NCBI GenBank assembly: GCA_043228905.1
Contig: JBHGNT010000013.1
Span: 7,254,001 to 7,318,000, forward strand
Direction of reading: 5' to 3'
DNA length: 64,000 nucleotides
Origin: Azolla caroliniana
Lineage: Eukaryota; Plantae; Polypodiophyta
The position numbers and the translations under genes were made by a program. The notes beneath the pieces were generated by a model. That model had not been told where the DNA came from. It worked only from the letters and a program-made list of their open reading frames with translations, and did no database searches. Position 1 is the stretch's first letter, and the number at the start of each line of letters is the position of its first letter. Positions 45,844 to 57,734 of the stretch are shown one piece after another.

Positions 45844-48211
45844 GTTGCAAATTACGCGCCCAGTAATACGCTTTAGGAAGAGGCGTACGAGCCGGATCGA
45901 GAATCATTACTAGAGCTAAGCAGGGCACAAGCAGCATTTGACCGGGAAATGGAAATCTCACGGCGAGTCTCCGCCTCAGCATTAGAAGACGTCAACGTCG
46001 AAACGACAACGGATCCATGAATACTCTCGATTGCAAAGGATTTACCCCCAAGTCAGAAGGAAGCAATGATAGCGCTACTCAAGGAATATAAAGATGTGTT
46101 CGCTTGGTCCCACGAAGTTATGAAGGGGTTGGACCCAAAGTTTTACCAGCATAAGATCAACTTAGCTACCGATGCAAAACCCGTACAACAACGTCGGTAT
46201 CGAATGAATCCGATTTACGCGGCTCGCATAAAAGAGGAAATTGACAAACTTCTCAAGGCAAGGTTTATTCGACCAGTTAAGCAAGCTACGTGGTTAAGCC
46301 CAATAGTCATAGTACCAAAGAAAAATGGCAAAATCCGTGTTTGCGTAGACTATCGGAAATTGAACGCTGTAACAATTACAGATGCATTCCCCTTACCTTT
46401 CACCAACAGCGTACTAGATGCAGTCATGGGGCATGACATGTACAGTTTTCTGGACGGCTTCATCGGATATAATCAAGTACGCATGCATCCTGACGACCAA
46501 GAGAAGACGGCGTTTGTCACCGACTGGGGGGTTTATGTCACGGTAGTCATGATGTTTGGGTTAAAGACGGCGCCTGCCACATTCCAGCGGACAATTATGG
46601 AATTTTTTGGGGAATACATACCCGCCTTTATGCAAGTCTTTCTGGACGATTTCGTGGTGTATGGGACAATAGCCGAACATCTGAGTCATTTATGGCTTTG
46701 TTTGGAGCGCTGCCATACTTCACGCTTAAGCCTGAATCCGACTAAATGTGCATTCGGCATCACCAGTGGAGCCCTCCTCTGCCACATCGTAAGCAAGGAG
46801 TGGATAGCAGTGGACCCGAATAAAATTTCCGTGATCATTCAAGCGAAAACGCCGATGACTGCCGTTTCCTGGGACAAATACGTTGGCATAGTCATATGTT
46901 ACGGTATTTGGCAGATTTTGCTACGCCACTACACGCCGCCGTACACCGCACACCTTTCAAATGGACGGCAATCGAAGAAAAAGCGTACAACGCACTTAAG
47001 ATAATGTTCACGCAAGCACTGGTCGTACAACCACGAGATTGGGTGAAACCGTTCCATGTCTTTTTGGATGCTTCAGATATAGCAATAGGCAGCGCGTTGA
47101 TGCAGCTCACATAGCTGAATTGGTACAGACCAGTCTATTACGCCAGTCGAAAGCTATCAACGGCCGAACGTAACTACTCCACAACAGAACGAGAGGCGTT
47201 GGGAATGATATACGACATCAATAAATTCCGCCATTATCTGTTGGGTCGAAAATTTACGTTTCACATAGATCATGCGGCGTTGCTCTACCTTGTGGAGAAA
47301 CATGCGCTGACATGAAAACTGGCTAGATGGATGGTATTGCTCCAAGAATTCGACTTCATAATTCAGCATCACCCAGGTACGCAACACGCCGTAGTAGATT
47401 TCTTGAGTAGGGTGGATAACGGGGAAACTACAAGGAAAGATGACGATGACTTTCCCGATGTGGACGTTCTGCGGGTCGTGATGATAGCGTCACGGGAAGA
47501 GAAAAATTTTCCGGATCGATGGCTAATGGAAATGACGTACTTTCTTACTACAAGAATGCCACCGCCACAAGTAAGGACAGGCGAAAAGAAGCGATTGGTT
47601 GTCCATAGCCGTAACTTTTGCCTGGTCGAAGGAATACTGTATCACAAGGGCAACGATGGAATCTGGCGACACGGGATACGTCAAGATGAGAAGGAAGTTG
47701 TTTTGCGCGAAGCTCACTGTGGTACAGAAGGGGGGCACTATGCGGGAGATGTTACGGCCAGAAGTCAGCCCACAAAGGGCACGAGAATGCCACATCAACC
47801 CGTTCTTATGCTAGATCCATTCCAGAAGTGGGGCCTTGATTTTGTGGGACCCTTTACACTGGCAGTAGCGCGAACAGGTAATAGATATATTCTGGTAGCC
47901 ACAGACTATTGCTCTAAGTGGGTGGAAGCAAAGGCGTTACAGGACAACACAACGGCATCTACAGCAAAATTTCTGTATGAATACATCCGGTGCCGTTTTG
48001 GTTGCCCCATCGAGCTTATCAATGATCAGGGAGTCACTTTCTGAATTCAATCATCCACGAGCTCATGCACCGTTACGTCGTCGTCCATAAGAAAAGCACG
48101 TCATACTATCCATAGGCGAATGGACTAGCAAAGTCCATGAACAAAATCTTGCAGACAATACCGCAGAAGATGCACTTCTCATAAATCCCTACCCCCTGAA
48201 AGATTATATAC

Positions 48212-48253
<42 letters not shown>

Positions 48254-48903
48254 TTTTTGTAACATCTAGTCTAGCCCGAAGCGGGGTAATCCGTCGGAGA
48301 GGGAAAACTAGCAAAACGAATGTCTAACTAAAAAAAAATGAAAATAGAATGGATTGGGTCACTAAATTGCACAGCGCTTTATGGGTGTATCGGACCAGCT
48401 ATAAGACTAGCATACAGTCTACGCCATTCTGGCTGGCATTTAGGTTAGAAGCTGTAATGCCCGTCGAATTCCAGGTGCCAAGTCTGCGGATTCAAGTGCG
48501 AGACTGACTAGCGGAAGGCCAGTCCGAGCAGCTACGGTTACAACAACTCCTCAAATTAGGAGAGGCTCGGGTACGTAGTATGGCCATACTGGAGCAAGAA
48601 CAGAGACGGCGTAAAGTATTCGTCGATCGACATCAAGTCACACGGGGTAAGGACTTCGCAGTCGGAAAGGCCATATTGGTCTTTCAAACACGCATGGGTC
48701 AAATGCCCGGAAAATTAAGTTTCCGCTGGACGGGGCCGTACTGGATAGTCTGAGTGGAAAACAACACTTTTTAATTAGGCACCTTGGCCGGAGAGGCACT
48801 TCGACAAAAAGTAAATGGGTTTCGATTGAAACCCTATCTGGGACCTACGCCTCCAAACCCGTTCCACGTCGTGACTGCCACAACAGAGGGGCCCGTACAT
48901 TAA
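45844..48903 (+). pseudogene. G1 RT-RNase H-integrase remnant
   Basis: WLSPIVIVPKKNGKIRVCVDYRKLN, FLDD, DASD, WGLDFVGP, RWTGPY; contains deletions and an AT-rich insert at ~48172-48336. Confidence 0.92.
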
Positions 48904-49254
48904 TTAATAAGTTGGGGGCCACTTGTAAAATACTGTAAATAGTAATCATGTATTTAACCGTTAAAAAAAAAAAAAAAGAAGGTAGTGATGATTATTAAAA
49001 GGGACTTTGTGCATGCACAAACTTCTAGGGCAAGAACACACGGCACTACGATGTCACACAGACCGATGCACCCTAGGCCACAAAAAGAGGAAAGCATAAG
49101 GTTTTTTGCGCATTACAGACAACCAACTTCAGTCTCCAGCCCTCCTTGCTCTCTTCGCTCTTCTCGCTCACCTCGCTCTCCACCATACCACAGAGCTCGC
49201 GCTCACCATAATTTGCAATCTTCGACTAGCCGTCATGAGCCCCATCCACCCACG

Positions 49255-51793
49255 ATGCCGATCACTATCTTTGCAGCTCTACGCATATGGCTCCTGGAAA
49301 AGGGGTTTGAGGGCTATATCAGGGTCGTCGAAGCTCTACCACACCTTGAGGCTCTTGACATAGCCAAGAAGTTGAATGTGTACACAGTGACGAACGCCAC
49401 CATTCGGAAGAAACTCGGTTTATCAGTGATTAGGGAAAAGCACTTCGAGATTCCTCCTGCAAAAACGCTCGGGAAATACTTTGGGGAATATTCAACGTCG
49501 GCTAAGGCATACAGAACAAAGGACATTCCAAATCCATTTTTTCGGGAAGTCGCCAAGTTCCTACTGGAAGTCGGGTGCGTACACGTGAATGCATATGGGA
49601 TGCCTAAACAAAAAGCAAGTGTCATCATCGAAACCTTTGAAGGACGTGTCGTAGATTGGGGTGTAATCACAGGGCCAACACTTAGGGAAGGACTATACAC
49701 GTATCAAGACGGGAAGAAACTCTGGCCGATCATTCAACAACACCTTATTGTACTATTTCCTCCTCGCAGACTTCCCGCCCCCCACACCAAGCGAGCCGAC
49801 GCCTCTGCCACGATCCGCGAAACGACAGCTAGTAGAGTTAGCTACCACCGAATGGGAGGAGGAAAAACAACCTTCTCCTACCACCCAGTGGACGACACAG
49901 ACGGAACCACCAGCCAAAGACACTAAGACACAACCCTCCACGACAACAGAGGAACAAGAGCCCACCGATGACAGTCCCAGGCCCAAACGGCGACGATTAG
50001 ACCAGAAGGACAGTCGCAGATTGCTAAAAGATACGGTCGTCACCACCAAAACGTCCACTCCCACAAAGCCCACTACGACACTGGAGATATTTCACGAACT
50101 TTGACCCATCATTATGGCACAATCTTAGTGGGGCAAAGGAGTGCTTATGGTAGAAAGTGAAGTCCTGAAATATCCGGACATTCCGGACACGGCACATGAG
50201 TTCAATGCGTTATTGCAGTATGGCACCACATATGAGCTCATGGAATTTTTGGCGACTCAGCAAATCAAGGTGTCACAGCGAATGGCTGAAGAACACGCGG
50301 AGCAGCATATGGTGGAGCGCGCGCTAACGCGAACAACGGAAAGTGAGGATGAGGGGCCTCTAGCCAAGATAGGCAGGCAGCAGAACACGGGGATTCAGCG
50401 TATGGGCATTGAACTACCCCCATTGAATACGGCCCTTGTTGAGGCACATCAGGAATTGGCTAGAGTTAGTATGGGCGCCAAGGATACGGCTATCAAGAAT
50501 AAAGATGTTTGGAAAACAGTCAAGCTGACTCAAGCCAAATTATAGAAGACCCAAGAGCGCATTGTGGAGTTAGAACACAACGTCACTATGGCACCGCAAA
50601 ACCCCGAACCAACATCCGGTGAAGACGCATCGATAACCCTACAAGAGGAGATTGCAGCGCAGAAGGCCATCGCCGCTAAAGCAAAAAGGGCTACGCAGTT
50701 TGCGGAGTCCGAGATTGATCGCCTCCGCGCCGAACTCCGCCAATCCTCCGACAGAGAAACAGACATACAGGCCAAAGGCCGAAGGGCAATAAAGGCACTA
50801 GAAGATAAACTCAAAGCGAAGACAATAGCACACACCAACACGAAAGAAGAAAACAACAAGCTACGGGAGGAAGCCCAAAAGTCGGAAGCGGTGATCACAG
50901 GACTCCAAGAGTTATTGGAAAAGAAGAAAGTGTGGTACGACGAGCAGCTCGTACGAGAACGGGAGGTGACGCATCAGGTAGAAGTCCGCCTGAACAATGA
51001 AATGGGTCGGTTAGAGGAACTATACTTGAAAGAATCCCAAATATGGGCAAAGATGAAAAGCCATTATGAGGAAGCGGCTACGGTTAATAAGCAAGAAATC
51101 GAAAACCTCAAAAAAACCCTGGAAGAAGTGCAAAACTGCTCCTAAGCGATAACAGATAATGTACACATACTTCTTCAAACAAATCGGGAGAGGTTTACGA
51201 CGCAATTAAAAACAGTGCTAGATAAAGGCTGGATGGTGTGGGCAACACAAGCGGTGGAGTTGCATACCTATCGGGCAGACTAGGAGAGCCGAAGGAAAGA
51301 AGGCCAAGGTTTCTACAAACTCAATGAGGAAGGCATTGTGGCAGTATGTGAGGACCTAGCACAGGATTATCGCACGCTAGCGAACCAACACTTTGAGGAA
51401 CTCACACAACTATTAGACGACTTCGGGGAATGTCAAGAAGATATTTTTCATCGACTAATGGAGATCAAGAGAGAACAACTTACGGAGCCAATTTTGGTAC
51501 CCGATACCGATTCCACCGAGCACAGGGAGCCTCAACCTAATTCATTGGAGATGACAACTACGCCATGCAACATTGCGGACGATACGAACAGGATAGAGCC
51601 TCAGCCAACCACTTGCCCACAGACGGAAGAGCCAGCCCCAGCAGAAAGGAATGAGCCAACAAAGCCGGGTCTGACCACGCAGGGAGAAGTTGACAACATA
51701 GAAACCCCCCCGACGGCCGAGCAGGGACAAGACGCTCAACAAAGCAACGAAGCACCTACGGACATTACATCGTCTCCGAACCAGAACGTATGA
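49255..51793 (+). pseudogene. G1 additional sense ORF downstream of pol (unknown function, long coiled coil), disrupted
   Basis: Consecutive plus-strand pieces 48985-49926, 49748-50104, 50141-50545, 50564-51145 and 51338-51793; E/K/Q-rich heptad-like region. Confidence 0.7.
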
Positions 51794-51879
51794 GCGGAGT
51801 CGAACATCCTAGACATCTTGGAGGATGAATAGAGGGATGGATCCGACGTGCCATGGCACTATCCCACAGGCGTGCCAGG

Positions 51880-52349
51880 TGTTGTCCGCCAGAATTGTAA
51901 CCGCCGGACATAATGCGTAAAATATGAAAAATGTATTAGAAGCGTTAAGGAAAGAGATGTAACGGTTCACGCGAGAAGCATGACTGGCTGAACGGCCTGT
52001 GTACATAAAGGGCAAAAATCCTCTGTAAGAGGTAGCGTATAATTTTTGAGCATGAGGTTTTTTTAATAGGATCTTATCTTCTCTGATTTTCTATGTTTGT
52101 GCAACCCGTGCTGTCTTGTGTAATCTTTGTGCTATTCATAAGTGCGTCTCTGTAAGCATAGGGTAAGAGTCAGCATAGTAGCACACTCAAGTTCTCGGTC
52201 ATAGTTGTGAACCTTCACCCATAGATACGCATTATTACGTAACTAACGGATTACGACTCATGCCTCGTGTGGCATCATACCTTGCCATGAAATCACCTTG
52301 AGGTCTATCTCGAAGGACTGAACATAGATAGTGTTCCATATCGGTAACA
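51880..52349 (+). repeat. G1 3' LTR
   Basis: Colinear with 7173-7642 and followed by TSD TCAAG. Confidence 0.95.
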
Positions 52350-53048
52350 TCAAGCATGAAGGCCGAATATCGAGGGGTGACTATTGCTACGTGCGAAGTC
52401 ATCTGGCTGAAATGGTTATTACGAGATCTACATGTGGAGGTGTCTGATCCAACGATGATCTATTGCGACATCCTCAACAACATCCACCTTGCAAAGAACC
52501 CTGTGTTCCACGCCAGGACCAAGCACATTGAGGTGCATTATCATTTCGTCCGTGAGCATGTCGTTTCTGGTGAAGTCGAACTAGTGTATGTTCTGACAGG
52601 TCGGCAGATTGCCGACATCTTCACCAAGCCCCTTGGTCTCGACAAGTTACGGCATTTCTCGGGTGATCTAGGTTTGCATCACCTCGACATGTTGATCTTG
52701 AGGGGGAGACAGGAACAGGAACAAGAGCATGTAAGGAGCGGTAGTGATTGCTATGTTGAAACGGATGAAGAATTCGATTTCAGGCCAATTGAAGAAGCCG
52801 AAGAAGAAGGAAACAAGGGTCGTAATCGCAAGGAAGAGCAGAAGACAGCCGAACAAAGTACAACAAAGAAGGGCGTAAAGGCCAAGACCAAAACGTGGTC
52901 TGATATTGTCAAGGGCCTAAAGATAGAAGACGAATTGGAGATAGCCAATTCGAGCGAAAGTGGAATTAAATCGGAAGTGTCCGATTTAATCGAAATGCTC
53001 GATTTGGACATTACGAATCGACTAAGGGCCAAGTGGAGGAAAGGGTAG
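52350..53048 (+). pseudogene. C2 RNase H remainder and C-terminal tail
   Basis: [31 protein letters not shown]. Confidence 0.9.
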
Positions 53049-53237
53049 CGAAAGAAGCACCAACACCGTGATAGCAAGGGAGCTAAAAAGGGCCGAATGA
53101 GCAAACAAGCCGACCGGAAGGGTCGAAGCGTGCAAAATCAAACGGGTTGAGGAGCGCGAGCGAGGCGTGAAGCCAGAAGAAGCCTGAGTGAAGATCCGGA
53201 GGATCACACGAAATCTCAAGTTGAGCTTGAAGGGGAG

Positions 53238-53661
53238 TGTTGAGAGACAAGCTCAACACTGGGTGCGTAAATGAGTGCGTAACCTAGTACGTAGACTGGG
53301 TGCGTAAAACCGTACGCAAAATATGGTCGTGGCGGTATTTAAACCGAAAGGCCGTTAGAATGATATTCCTCGTAAGGAATAGTTTTGGGAGTTAGTTTAG
53401 GAGGCTCATTTATGAGCGGTCAAGTACAGTCAGTACTTGTGTCAGCCCAATAATCGGGGCTTGTATAAAAGGTGCTCATTGAGCACGAAATATGTAACAG
53501 AGAACATACAGAGAATTATTTTGAATATAGTTTTGTATTTTTGCTCTCTCTGTCTCTCCCTCTCTTTCTCTGTGATTTCTGTGCTTTACCGAACTATTGT
53601 ACTACCAAACCGTGTACTCTGTGTTCTTACGCATACGCTTCCACACACGTATTCTTTTACA
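53238..53661 (+). repeat. C2 3' LTR
   Basis: TGTTGAG...TTTTACA after the PPT; similar to the C3 LTR, and its 3' end matches 3309-3385 and 4607-4683. Confidence 0.9.
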
Positions 53662-53797
53662 TTGGGATTGAGAGTGAATCAATATATAATATAGACCATG
53701 GTCAATCCAATCCAACTTTGAGATTATTTACCATACATGTTTGATTGAATCATTCTCGAATACAAATGCATGTATGATACATATGGTTCATTCTATG

Positions 53798-55057
53798 CTT
53801 CCGCGCATATATCCGAACACACAACCACAAAAGATACCTTCTTTTCGGCATTACGAGAGCCACTTCGAATGACGTTTAGTTGTGTTCGATTTTAAAGATC
53901 AATCACTCGAGCAAGTGATTGAAAAAGCACTCATCATGGATAAAACACAGACTAGTAATAATATGCCGATGGCATTGTTACAAAGGTCCTTACCAATGGC
54001 GGAAGAAGTATGGTTCCACCAAGCAATTCAATGCACAACATGTCTACATCCAAGGCATTCTACAGTGGAATGCACATTACGTACACATTGTCCGATCTGT
54101 CATTTAAAGGCATATACAATCGACCAGTGCGAAAACGTGATTAATAAAACCACTTGTGATTGCCTAGGTATCACAAAATGGGAGGCATGTCCATTCTGGT
54201 TACGAATGACTGATACATGTATTGTCCGACCAATAGGGCTCATTCGACAATTGGATATTGTCATTGGCGGGCATACATTTCAGATATTGGCAGTCATCTT
54301 ACACTTAGATGTAGCAAGTGCTTATCCTTTGTTGTTGGGCCAACCATGGCTTTGAACTACCAATATCAAACAGAATTGACAGAAGAATCTTCTAGCATTC
54401 CAGAAGGGCCAAACCAAGATCAGAGTTTTGACTCAGGAGAAGGTAGCAACAACACAAGAATGTGTCCCTTTATATGTCGAATCTATCAATATGATGGAAG
54501 GCTTAGATGATGGGGAAGAAAACCAATATTTTGAGGAAAATCCGAAAATCATTCCCTTATTTGAAATTGACGTAGTCGAAATAATCACATCATATCTTGG
54601 TAATGATGAAAAGGAGGTCGATGTTCTCGTCGATGATAAAACTTTAATGGAGTTATGTCATCAATAGGAAGCTATGGAGAAAGAAATGCAAGTATCACAA
54701 AGAGTGCAACCTTCTTCACTCGAGGAATTAAATATGGTGGACAATGATGGAGATCCAAAAACAATGTTAATAGCGAAGGAGATGCAGTCGAACGAAAAGA
54801 CCAAGCTCACAGAATTATTGCGACAATACAGAGATGTCTTTGCTTGGTTGTTTGAGGATATGAAGGGACTGGATCCAGCCTTTTGTCGGCATCAAATCAA
54901 CCTGCATAAAGATGTGAAGCCAGTACAACATCGACGTTACAAATTAAATCCTAATTATGCGGTCAAAGTGAAAGAAGAAATTGACAAACTGTTACGGGTC
55001 GACTTCATTTGACCAGTCAAGAAAGCCACTTGGCTTAGTCCGATTGTTGTCGTTCCT
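53798..55057 (+). pseudogene. Old fragment of a G1-related Gypsy (gag knuckles, protease C-half, RT start)
   Basis: QAIQCTTCLHPRHSTVEC, YPLLLGQPWL, KIIPLFEID and VKEEIDKLL parallel the G1 peptides. Confidence 0.85.
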
Positions 55058-55239
55058 ATATTTGATTTATATCTATTGTTGGTTTTGAGTGTAAGTTAAA
55101 GAATAAAGAGCCAATCAAACATATTTAATAAGTAACCTATTTAGTTATCAATTTCCTAGTGTAAATTCCATCCCTCTAATCACAACCTTTGGTCAAGGGT
55201 ACGTAGGGATTAAGTATCCGACTACGTGTTTTTAGAGAG

Positions 55240-55680
55240 GAGTACCACACCTTTTTCGACTTTGCGGTGCCCACTCCTCTGATTGGCCTTCTGGTTCATC
55301 ACAAATGTAGGGCCTATTCTAGCATGCCCTAAACCCCGAGCATAGTTCTCTGCTGCCTTTCAGATTCGGCTTTGTCCTAATCAACCTTCTTTATCTAACA
55401 CTCGCTTTCTTTGTGGGCTTTCTTTCCACAGTACCAACATTCCATGGCTTTTCCTTGCCAACATCTGGCACCACGCTGACTCTCCCTACTTATGGAGGGT
55501 TCATAACTGTTGTTAGCACTCATGTTGTGCCTTTGATTCTGCTCATATCGGCCACTATTTGTGCGCACCGATCCACCACTCCCACCATGACCAGGGGTTG
55601 TTCTGCTTCCATGTACATCATCTCACTGTCGGCGTGCATGCTCCTTGACGCATCCATGTGGTTCTCCTCAACTAGGAGTC
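55240..55680 (-). pseudogene. Fragment of C2/C5-family Copia gag-protease
   Basis: Reverse complement encodes LLVEENH, a degenerate CCHC and EVWY. Confidence 0.65.
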
Positions 55681-55689
55681 ATATGGTGC

Positions 55690-56560
55690 GACGCGCCCAA
55701 ATCAAGAAGCTAAGTAGTACATTCTTCGGTCCTAAGCAGAACTTCTAATTTGACCGAATTCTCGATAAACAAAATATTCAGGTTGTTGGACAAGAGTTCG
55801 GCTGAAGAGCCGATGAAATTGACCTCCTATCGGCTGCCCCTTTTGCTCCGATCTCTGAGCTTTTCCGTTTTTGGCCTTGAGGACGCAACAATCGGCCTTA
55901 ATGTGTCCAAGTTTCTTGCAATAATTGTGCACTTTTCTATCCCTGGACTTCCTCCGACTTTGAGCATATTTCGGCTACTGGGAAGAACTTCTTCCTTGAC
56001 TATTCGATTGGTCGGTTGAACTCTGCACTACGTAGGCATCGCTGGCCGAATCGTGTATGAACGATTTTCTCTGAGCATCTTCTGTCATAATTGAGCTCAT
56101 GACTTCAAAGTACTTCACGGCAACAACTGACGCATTGCACATGGTAGTAACGAAAGTTTCCCATGAAAGGGGGAGACTACTCATTATCCAAAGAGCTTTC
56201 ACCTAATCTTCAATCATCATCCCCTGAGCCGAAATATGGGAATTTATGCTTTCATACTCATTGAGGTATGTCTGGATTGAATCAAACTCTTCCATCCAAA
56301 GGTTATAGAGGCACTGGATCAAATATATCTTAGTGGCAGCCACCTTCTCATAAGTGCCCGACAATGTTTTCCATAATTGGAAAGTTGTCGAACACAACTG
56401 CACCATGCAATAGATGGATTCGAATAGGTCGATCTCAATGGTGACGCGAACAATTTGGTCCACTCATTCAATTTGTATCCTTCAAGAGCTTGTTCATACT
56501 CAATCGGATATTTTTGCTCCTTCCAAAAGTTGAAGTTCAAGCCGTTGAACTTCTTGAGGA
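55690..56560 (-). pseudogene. Tnt1-like Copia gag fragment
   Basis: KFNGLNFNFWKEQ, SSLPLSWETFVTT, NYCKKLGHIKADC. Confidence 0.8.
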
Positions 56561-56803
56561 TCATCTCTAATGAGCCGGATGTGGATATCATTTTGATGTG
56601 GATGAGCTTGTACGAAAGTCTTGTCCGGGTTGGCTACGATGTGTAGATGGGTTCACCCCGGACTTGCCTTGCCGTTGAACATCCTGAGGATCATCTCTAA
56701 TGAGCCAGATGTGGATATCATTCTGATGTGGGCGGGCTTGTACGAAAGTCCTGTCCAGGGTGGTTACGATGTGTAGATGGGTTCGCCTCGGACTTGTCTT
56801 GCC
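56541..56803. repeat. 130-bp tandem duplication
   Basis: GCCGTTGAAC.. starts at both 56541 and 56671 and is colinear. Confidence 0.9.
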
Positions 56804-57049
56804 TTGCAAATTTGAGAAGGAGATTAGAGAAGATAGGTATTCGCTTGAGGGAGAGTATTGCTTTGCAAATGTGAATCATCAACAAAATAAAAAACTAATG
56901 CGATTGAGATTTCAATATAACGAAGATTGACAAAGATGTTCAAAGACAACATGATGATAATTTGCAAAGAGGGTTAGAGAATTATTGGAAGAAAGGGAGG
57001 CAAAGGACAACTAGATTGAAGTAAAAGATCACTTGGGTGCTTGTACTCT

Positions 57050-57056
57050 CTCTTTG

Positions 57057-57090
<34 letters not shown>

Positions 57091-57170
57091 CACCACCACC
57101 ACTTAATGAGGGATTCCCAATTATGCATCTCTCTCTCTATATGTGTGTGTGTGTGTGTGTGTGTGTATAA
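57050..57170. repeat. (CT)n, (CA)n and (TG)n microsatellites
   Basis: Seen directly in the sequence. Confidence 0.9.
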
Positions 57171-57734
57171 ATGTACACACACCAATTTATTTGGGGCATT
57201 AGTATATATATGCATGTCAATGCCCTCAATTTGTTTAACAGGTCAGAAGTGGATGGCAACGATATTCCCTTCTCTCTACATAAGTCCTCCTTATATGATG
57301 GGTGAGAATGGTAGACCACATAGTGAAGGAGAATGCTATAGGATGGATGAACAACCATTTGGGAAATTGCTCCTTTGATCAAGAGGGATGGAGATGGGAA
57401 GGGGGACGACAAGATGTATGTATATAGGTAGTTAGCACCGACAGACATAAGATGAGAATGAGAGAATGTGGTAGGTAGTATGTATGGTCAGAGAGGAATC
57501 CCCCCCAGGCCAGGCCGAAGAAAGGTTGGGGGGGCACAACACATCAATCTCAATATGCATATATGTAAATATATATATATATATAGATAGATAGATAGAC
57601 ATGTATGTACATATATAAATAATGTATGCATAGAACTTAATATTCGTGTTCATGCAAGCATTCAAACGTTTGGAAACGAACATGTTTGAAATGGGAAAAA
57701 TCCATGCTCCTTTTTTTTTTCCATTTATTGTTAT

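Larger units (their letters stand above)
7173..52349 (+). mobile_element. Ty3/Gypsy non-chromovirus G1 (Athila/Tat-like RT) with an extra 3' ORF, heavily nested
   Basis: 470-bp LTRs at 7173-7642 and 51880-52349. TSD TCAAG at 7168-7172 and 52350-52354. Domain order gag-PR-RT-RH-INT. Confidence 0.93.
2236..53661 (+). mobile_element. Degenerate Copia C2, outermost host of the nest (same broad family as C3, C5 and C6); 5' end lies outside the window
   Basis: gag, INT, RT and RNase H remnants in Copia order. RNase H is split by G1 (VALSS|MKAEYRG). PPT GAGCTTGAAGGGGAG and 3' LTR at 53238-53661. Confidence 0.88.

Noticed and set aside
49255-51793. Calling the G1 extra ORF env
   Set aside because: No signal peptide or transmembrane segment is visible.
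56982-57683. Short ORFs with THTH/CVCV/LSLS runs
   Set aside because: Translations of microsatellites.
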